Positions 58,301 to 64,000 of a stretch of 64,000 nucleotides of DNA are shown here, piece after piece. The translations under genes were made by a program, and so were the position numbers. Each line of letters begins with the position of its first letter. The stretch's first letter is position 1. The notes under the pieces are model-generated. The model searched no databases. It saw nothing but the letters and a program-made list of their open reading frames with translations, and was not told the origin of the DNA. The DNA lies in assembly GCF_009914755.1 (NCBI RefSeq), contig NC_060933.1; one strand, given 5' to 3'. This stretch comes from the human T2T-CHM13v2.0 reference genome, Homo sapiens.

Positions 58301-61300
58301 TGGAATGGAATGGAAAGGACTGGAATGGAGTGGAATGGAATGGAATGGAATGGAATGGAATGGAATCAACTCGATTGGAATGGAATGGAATGGAATGGAA
58401 TGGAATTAACCCGAATAGAATGGAATGGAATGGAACGGAACGGAATGGAATGGAATGGAATGGCATGGAATGGAATGGAATGGAATCAACCCGACTGCAG
58501 GGGAATGGAATGGAATGGAATGCAATGGAATGGATTCATCTTGAATGGAATGGAAAGAATGGAACCAACACGAGTGGAATGGCATGGATTGGAAAGGAAT
58601 GGAATGGAATCAACCCGAGAGCAGGGGAATGTAATGGAACGGAATGCAATGGAATGGAATCATCCGGAATGGAATGGAATGGAATGGAATGGAATGGAAT
58701 GGAATCAACCCGAGTGCAATGAAATGGAGTGGAATGGAATGGAATGGAATGGAACAACCCGAATGGAATGGAATGTAATGGAGAGTAAGGGAGTTGAATA
58801 GAATCAATCCGAATGCAATGGAATGGAATGGAACGGAATGGAATGGAATGGAATGGAATGGAATGCAATGCAGTGGAATGGAATCAACCCGAGTACAATG
58901 GAATGTAATGGAATGGAATGGAATGGAATGGAATGGAATGGAATGGAATGCAATGGAATGGAATCTTCCGGAATGGAATGGAATGGAATGCAATGGATTC
59001 AACTCGATTGCAATGGAATGGAATAGAATGGAATGGAATGGAATGGAATGGAATGGAATTAAACCGAATAGAATGGAATGGAATGGAATGGAACGGAACA
59101 GAACGGAACGGAACCGAACGCAGTGGAATGGAATGGAATGGAATTGTATGGAATGGAATGGAATGGTACGGAATAGAATGGAATGGAAAGAATTGGAATG
59201 GAATAGAATCGAATGGAATGGAATGGAATGGAATGGAATCAACCCGAGTTCAGGGGAATGTAATGGAACGGAATGCAATGGAATGGAATCATCCGGAATG
59301 GAATGGAATGGAATGGAATGGAATGGAATGGAATGGAATCAACCCGAGCGCAATGGAATGGAGTGGAATGGAATGGAATGGAATGGAACAACCCGAATGG
59401 AATGGAATGTAATGGAGAGTAAGGGACTTGAACAGAATCAATCCGAATGTAATGGAATGGAACGGAATGGAATGGAATGGAATGGAATGGAATGGAATGG
59501 AATGGAATGCAATGGAATGGAATCAACCCGAGTACAATGGAACGGAATGTAATGTAATGTAATGTAATGTAATGGAATGGAATGGAATGGAATGGAATCA
59601 ACCCGAGTGCAATGAAATGGAGAGGAATGGAATGGAATGGAATGGAAACTAAACGAATGGAATGGAATGTAATGGAGTGTAAGGGAATTGAATAGAATCA
59701 ATCCGAATGGAATGGAATGGAATGGAACGGAATGGAATGGAATGGAATGGAATGGAATCAACCCGAGTGCAGGGGAATGGAATGGAATGGAATGCAATGG
59801 AATGGAATCATCCGGAATGGAATGGAATGGAATGCAATGGAATGGAATGGAATGGAATCAACCCGAGTGCAATGGAATGGAGTGAAATGGAATGGAATGG
59901 AATGGAGACAACCAGAATGGATTGGAATATAATGGAGTGTAAGGGAATTGAATAGAATCAATCTGAATGTAATGAAATGGAATGGAACGGAATGGAATGG
60001 AATGGAATGGAATGGAATGGAATGGAATGGAATGCAATGGAATGGAATCAACCCGAGTGCAATCGAATGGAATCGAATGGAATGGAATGCAATGGAATGG
60101 ATTCAACTTGAATGGAATGGAAAGAATGGAATCAACACGAGTGGAATGGCATGGATTGGAATGGAATGGAATGGAATCAACCCGAGTATAGGGGAATGGA
60201 ATGGAATGGAATGCAGTGGAATGGAATCATCCGTAATGGAATGGAAAGGAATGGAATGGAATGGAGTGGAATGGAATGGAATCAACTCGATTGCAATCGA
60301 ATGGAATGGAATGGAATTAACCAGAATAGAATGGAATGGAATGGAATGGAACGGAACGGAATGGAATGGAATGGAATGGAACGGTATGGAATGGAATGGA
60401 ATGGAATGGAATGGAATGGAATGGAATCAACGCGAGTGCAGGGGAATGGAATGGAATGGAATGCAATGGAATGGATTCAACTTGAATGGAATGGGAAGAA
60501 TGGAATCAACACGAGTGGAATGGCATGGATGGGAATGGAATGGAATGGAATCCACCCGAGTACAGGGGAATGGAATGGAATGGAATGCAATGGAATGGAA
60601 TCATCCGTAATGGAATGGAAAGGAATGGAATGGAATGGAATGGAATGGAATAGAATGGAATGGAATCAACTCGATTGCAATCGAATGGAATGGAATGGAA
60701 TTAACCCGAATAGAATGGAATGGAATGGAATGGAACGGAACGGAACGGAATGGAATGGATTGGAATGGAATGGAATGGAATGGAATGGAACGGAAAGGAA
60801 TGGAATGGAATGGAATGGAATGGAATGGAATGGAATGGAATCAACGCGAGTGCAGGGGAATGGAATGGAATGGAATGCAATGGAATGGAATCTTCCGGAA
60901 TGGAATGGAATGGAATGGAATGGAATGGAATGGAATGGAATAAACCCGAGTGCAATGGAATGGAGTGGAATGGAATGGAATGGAATGGAACAACCCGAAT
61001 TGAATGGAATGTAATGGAGAGCAAGGGAGTTGAATAGAATGAATCCGAATGTAATGGAATGGAATGGAACGGAATGGAATTGAATGGAATGGAATGGAAT
61101 GGAATCAACCCGAGTGCAATGGAATGGAGAGGAATGGAATGGAATGGAATGGAAACTACCCGAATGGAATGGAATGTAATGGAGTGTTAGGGAATTGAAT
61201 AGAATCAATCCGAATGTAATGGAATGGAATGGAACGCAATGGAATGGAATGGAATGGAATGGAATGCAATGTAATGGAATCAACCCGAGTGCAATCGAAT

Positions 61301-62850
61301 GGAATCCAATGGAATGGAATTTAATGAAATGGATTCAACTTGAATGGAATGGAAAGAATGGAATCAACACGAGTGGAATGGCATGGATTGGAATGGAATG
61401 GAATGGAATCAACCCGAGTACAGGGGAATGGAATGGAATGGAATGCAATGGAATGGAATCATCCGTAATGGAATGGAAAGGAATGGAATGGAATGGAATG
61501 GAATGGAATCAACTCGATTGCAATCGAATGGAATGGAATGGAATTAACCCGAATAGAATGGAATGGAATGGAATGGAACGGAACGGAATGGAATGGAATG
61601 GAATAGAATGGAATGGAACGGAACGGAACGGAATGGATGGAATGGAATGGAATGGAATGGAATGGAATGCAATGGAATGGAATCTTCCGGAATGGAATGG
61701 AATGGAATGGAATGGAATGGAATGGAATGGAATGAAATGCAATGGATTCAACTCGATTGCAATGGAATGGAATAGAATGGAATGGAATGGAATGGAATGG
61801 AATGGAATTAACCCGAATAGAATGGAATGGAATGGAATGGAACGGAATGGAACGGAATGGATGGAATGGAATGGAATGGAATGGAATGGAATCAACGCGA
61901 GTGCAGGGGAATGTAATGGAACGGAATGCAATCGAATGGAATCATCCGGAATGGAATGGAATGGAATGGAATGGAATGGAATAAACCCGAGTGCAATGGA
62001 ATGGAGTGGAATGGAATGGAATGGAATGGAATGGAACAACCCGAATGGAATGGAATGTAATGGAGAGTAAGGGAGTTGAATAGAATCAATCCGAATGTAA
62101 TGGAATGTAATGCAACGGAATGGAAAGGAATGGAATGGAATGGAATGGAATGCAATGGAATGGAATCAACCCGAGTACAATGGAATAGAATGGAATGGAA
62201 TGGAATGGAGTGGAATGGAATGGAATGGAATGGAATGCCTTCAAACCGAATGGAATGGAAAGGAATGGAATCAACACGAGTGGAATGGAATGGAATGGAA
62301 TGGAATGGAATGGAATGGAATGGAATGATACGGAATAGAATGGAATGCAACGAAATGGAATGGAATTGAATGGAATGGAATGGAATGGAATGGAATGGAA
62401 TCGTTCCGAGTGGAATAGGAGGGAATGTATTCGAGTGGAATGGAAAGGAATGGAATCAACCAGAGTGGAATGGAAGGTAATGGAATGGAATGGAAACTAA
62501 TAGAATGGAATCAACCCGAGTGGAATGGAATGGAAAGGACTGGAATGGAAAGGAATGGAATGGAATGGAATGGAATGGAATGGAATGGAATGGAATGGAA
62601 TCAACGCGAGTGCAGGGGAATGGAATGGAATCGAATGGAATGGAATGGAATGGAATCAACCCGAGTGCAGGGGAATGTAAGGGAACGGAATGCAATGGAA
62701 TGGAATCATCCGGAATGGAATGGAATGGAATGGAATGGAATCAACCCGAGTGCAATGGAATAGAGCGGAATGGAAAGGAATGGAATGGAACAACCCGAAT
62801 GGAATGGAATGTAATGGAGAGAAAGGGAGTTGAAAAGAATCAATCCGAAT
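55350..62850 (+). repeat. Older, diverged repeat at ~5.8-5.9 kb offset (~55.35-56.95 kb vs ~61.2-62.85 kb)
   Basis: ORF pairs 55500/61344, 55929/61742, 56269/62076, 56528/62425. Shared GCCTTCAAACCG (~56415/62237) followed by the CGTTCCGAG module. Confidence 0.65.
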
Positions 62851-64000
62851 GTAATGGAATGGAATGGAACGGAATGGAATGGAATGGAATGGAATGGAAT
62901 GGAATGCAATGGAATGGAATCAACCCGAGTAAAATGGAATGGAATGGAATGGAATGGAATGGAATGGAATGGAATGCAATGGAATGGAATCTTCCGGAAT
63001 GGAATGGAATGGAATGGAATGGAATGGAATGGAATGCAATGGATTCAACTCCATTGCAATGGAATGGAATAGAATGGAATGGAATGGAATGGAATTAAAC
63101 CGAATAGAATGGAATGGAATGGAATGGAACGGAACGGAACGGAACGGAACGGAGTGGAATGGAATGGAATGGAATTGTATGGAATGGAATGGAATGTTAC
63201 GGAATAGAATGGAATGGAAAGAATTGGAATGGAATGGAATCGAATGGAATGGAGTGGAATGGAGTGGAATCAACCCGAGTGCAGGGGAATGTAATGGAAC
63301 GGAATGCAATGGAATGGAATCATCCGGAATGGAATGGAATGGAACGGAATCAACCCGAGTGCAATGGAATGGAGTGGAATGGAATGGAATGGAATGGAAC
63401 AACCGGAATGGAATGTAATGTAATGGAGAGTTAGGGAGTTGAATAGAATCAATCCGAATGTAATGGAATGGAACGGAACGGAATGGAATGGAATGGAATT
63501 GAATGGAATGCAATGGAATGGAATCAACCCGAGTACAATGGAACGGAATGGAATGGAATGGAATGGAATGGAATGGAATGGAATGGAATGGAATGGAATC
63601 AACCCGAGTGCAATGGAATGGAGAGGAATGGAATGGAATGGAATGGAAACTACCCGAATGGAATGGAATGTAATGGAGTGTAAGGGAATTGAATAGAATC
63701 AATCCGAATGGAATGGAATGGAACGGAATGTAATGGAATGGAATGGAATGGAATCAACCCGAGTGCAGGGGAATGGAATGGAAAGGAATGCAATGGAATG
63801 GAATCATCCGGAATGGAATGGAATGGAATGCAATGGAATGGAATGGAATGGAATCAACCCGAGTGCAATGGAATGGAGTGAAATGGAATGGAATGGAATT
63901 GAAACAACCAGAATGGATTGGAATATAATGGAGTGTAAGGGAATTGAATAGAATCAATCTGAATGTAATGAAATGGAATGGAACGGAATGGAATGGAATG

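Larger units (their letters stand above)
2196..63000. promoter_or_regulatory. Dispersed array of ~47 canonical heat shock elements (gGAAt-cTTCc-gGAAt)
   Basis: Exact match to nGAAnnTTCnnGAAn. First copy 2196-2210, last 62986-63000. The inverted pentamer starts at e.g. 2201, 3134, 3977, 4232, 5520, 6564, 7417, 10323, 12728, 14240, 15083, 18468, 20838, 23011, 23869, 28366, 34251, 36168, 44759, 46676, 55886, 58192, 60892 and 62991. The motif match is direct; in vivo HSF1 occupancy is inferred. Confidence 0.7.
1..64000 (+). repeat. Classical satellite III (HSat3) array, (GGAAT)n with interspersed CAACCCGA(G/A)T decamers; pericentromeric heterochromatin, probably HSat3B-type
   Basis: GGAAT pentamer runs from first to last base. 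Hundreds of copies of CAACCCGAGT and its variants, the classical satellite III signature. The purine-rich strand is always +. No unique sequence or strand switch seen. Confidence 0.98.

Noticed and set aside
2161-63775. G-quadruplex potential from CAGGGG and AAGGGAG motifs
   Set aside because: G3 or longer tracts are mostly isolated or paired and far apart. I saw no cluster of four tracts.
39-63957. Hundreds of ORFs of 60-400 aa on both strands
   Set aside because: They are translations of the stop-free pentamer (MEWNG on +, HSIPF on -). They overlap in all frames, with no domain, splice structure or codon signal, so they are not genes.
1-64000. CRISPR-like alternation of conserved words and spacers
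   Set aside because: The spacers are GGAAT runs, not unique sequences. There is no leader and no cas genes, and the sequence is primate satellite.
1-64000. HSat2, alpha satellite, telomeric repeat or DYZ1 identity
   Set aside because: I saw no HSat2-type GAATCATCGAAT periodicity, no 171 bp monomer or CENP-B box, no TTAGGG tracts and no 3.6 kb or 1.8 kb regular unit.

Overview
The whole 64 kb is one uninterrupted, single-orientation array of hominid classical satellite III (HSat3). It consists of (GGAAT)n on the + strand, punctuated by a small set of marker motifs (CAACCCGAGT, CAACTCGATT, TAACCCGAAT, CATCC/CTTCC, GTAAGGGA(G/A)TTGAATAGAATCAATCCG and others). I found no genes, RNA genes, transposons or unique sequence. 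All ORFs are poly-MEWNG or poly-HSIPF by-products of the pentamer. The information lies in the higher-order structure: a near-perfect 10,508 bp tandem duplication (34078-55132, 39 bp breakpoint homology), overlapping older ~5.17 kb and ~2.6 kb duplications, ~8-8.8 kb, ~5.8 kb, ~1.3 kb and ~0.9 kb repeats, and a more diverged left edge. The most function-relevant observation is that the recurrent variant GGAAT-CTTCC-GGAAT is a perfect three-unit heat shock element (nGAAnnTTCnnGAAn). I counted about 47 copies by eye, set in continuous TEAD MCAT (GGAATG) sites. The motif content resembles the 9q12-type (pHuR98-like, HSat3B) array, but that assignment is from recall and is not verified. Counts and boundaries come from reading by eye and from ORF-track offsets, not from alignment.
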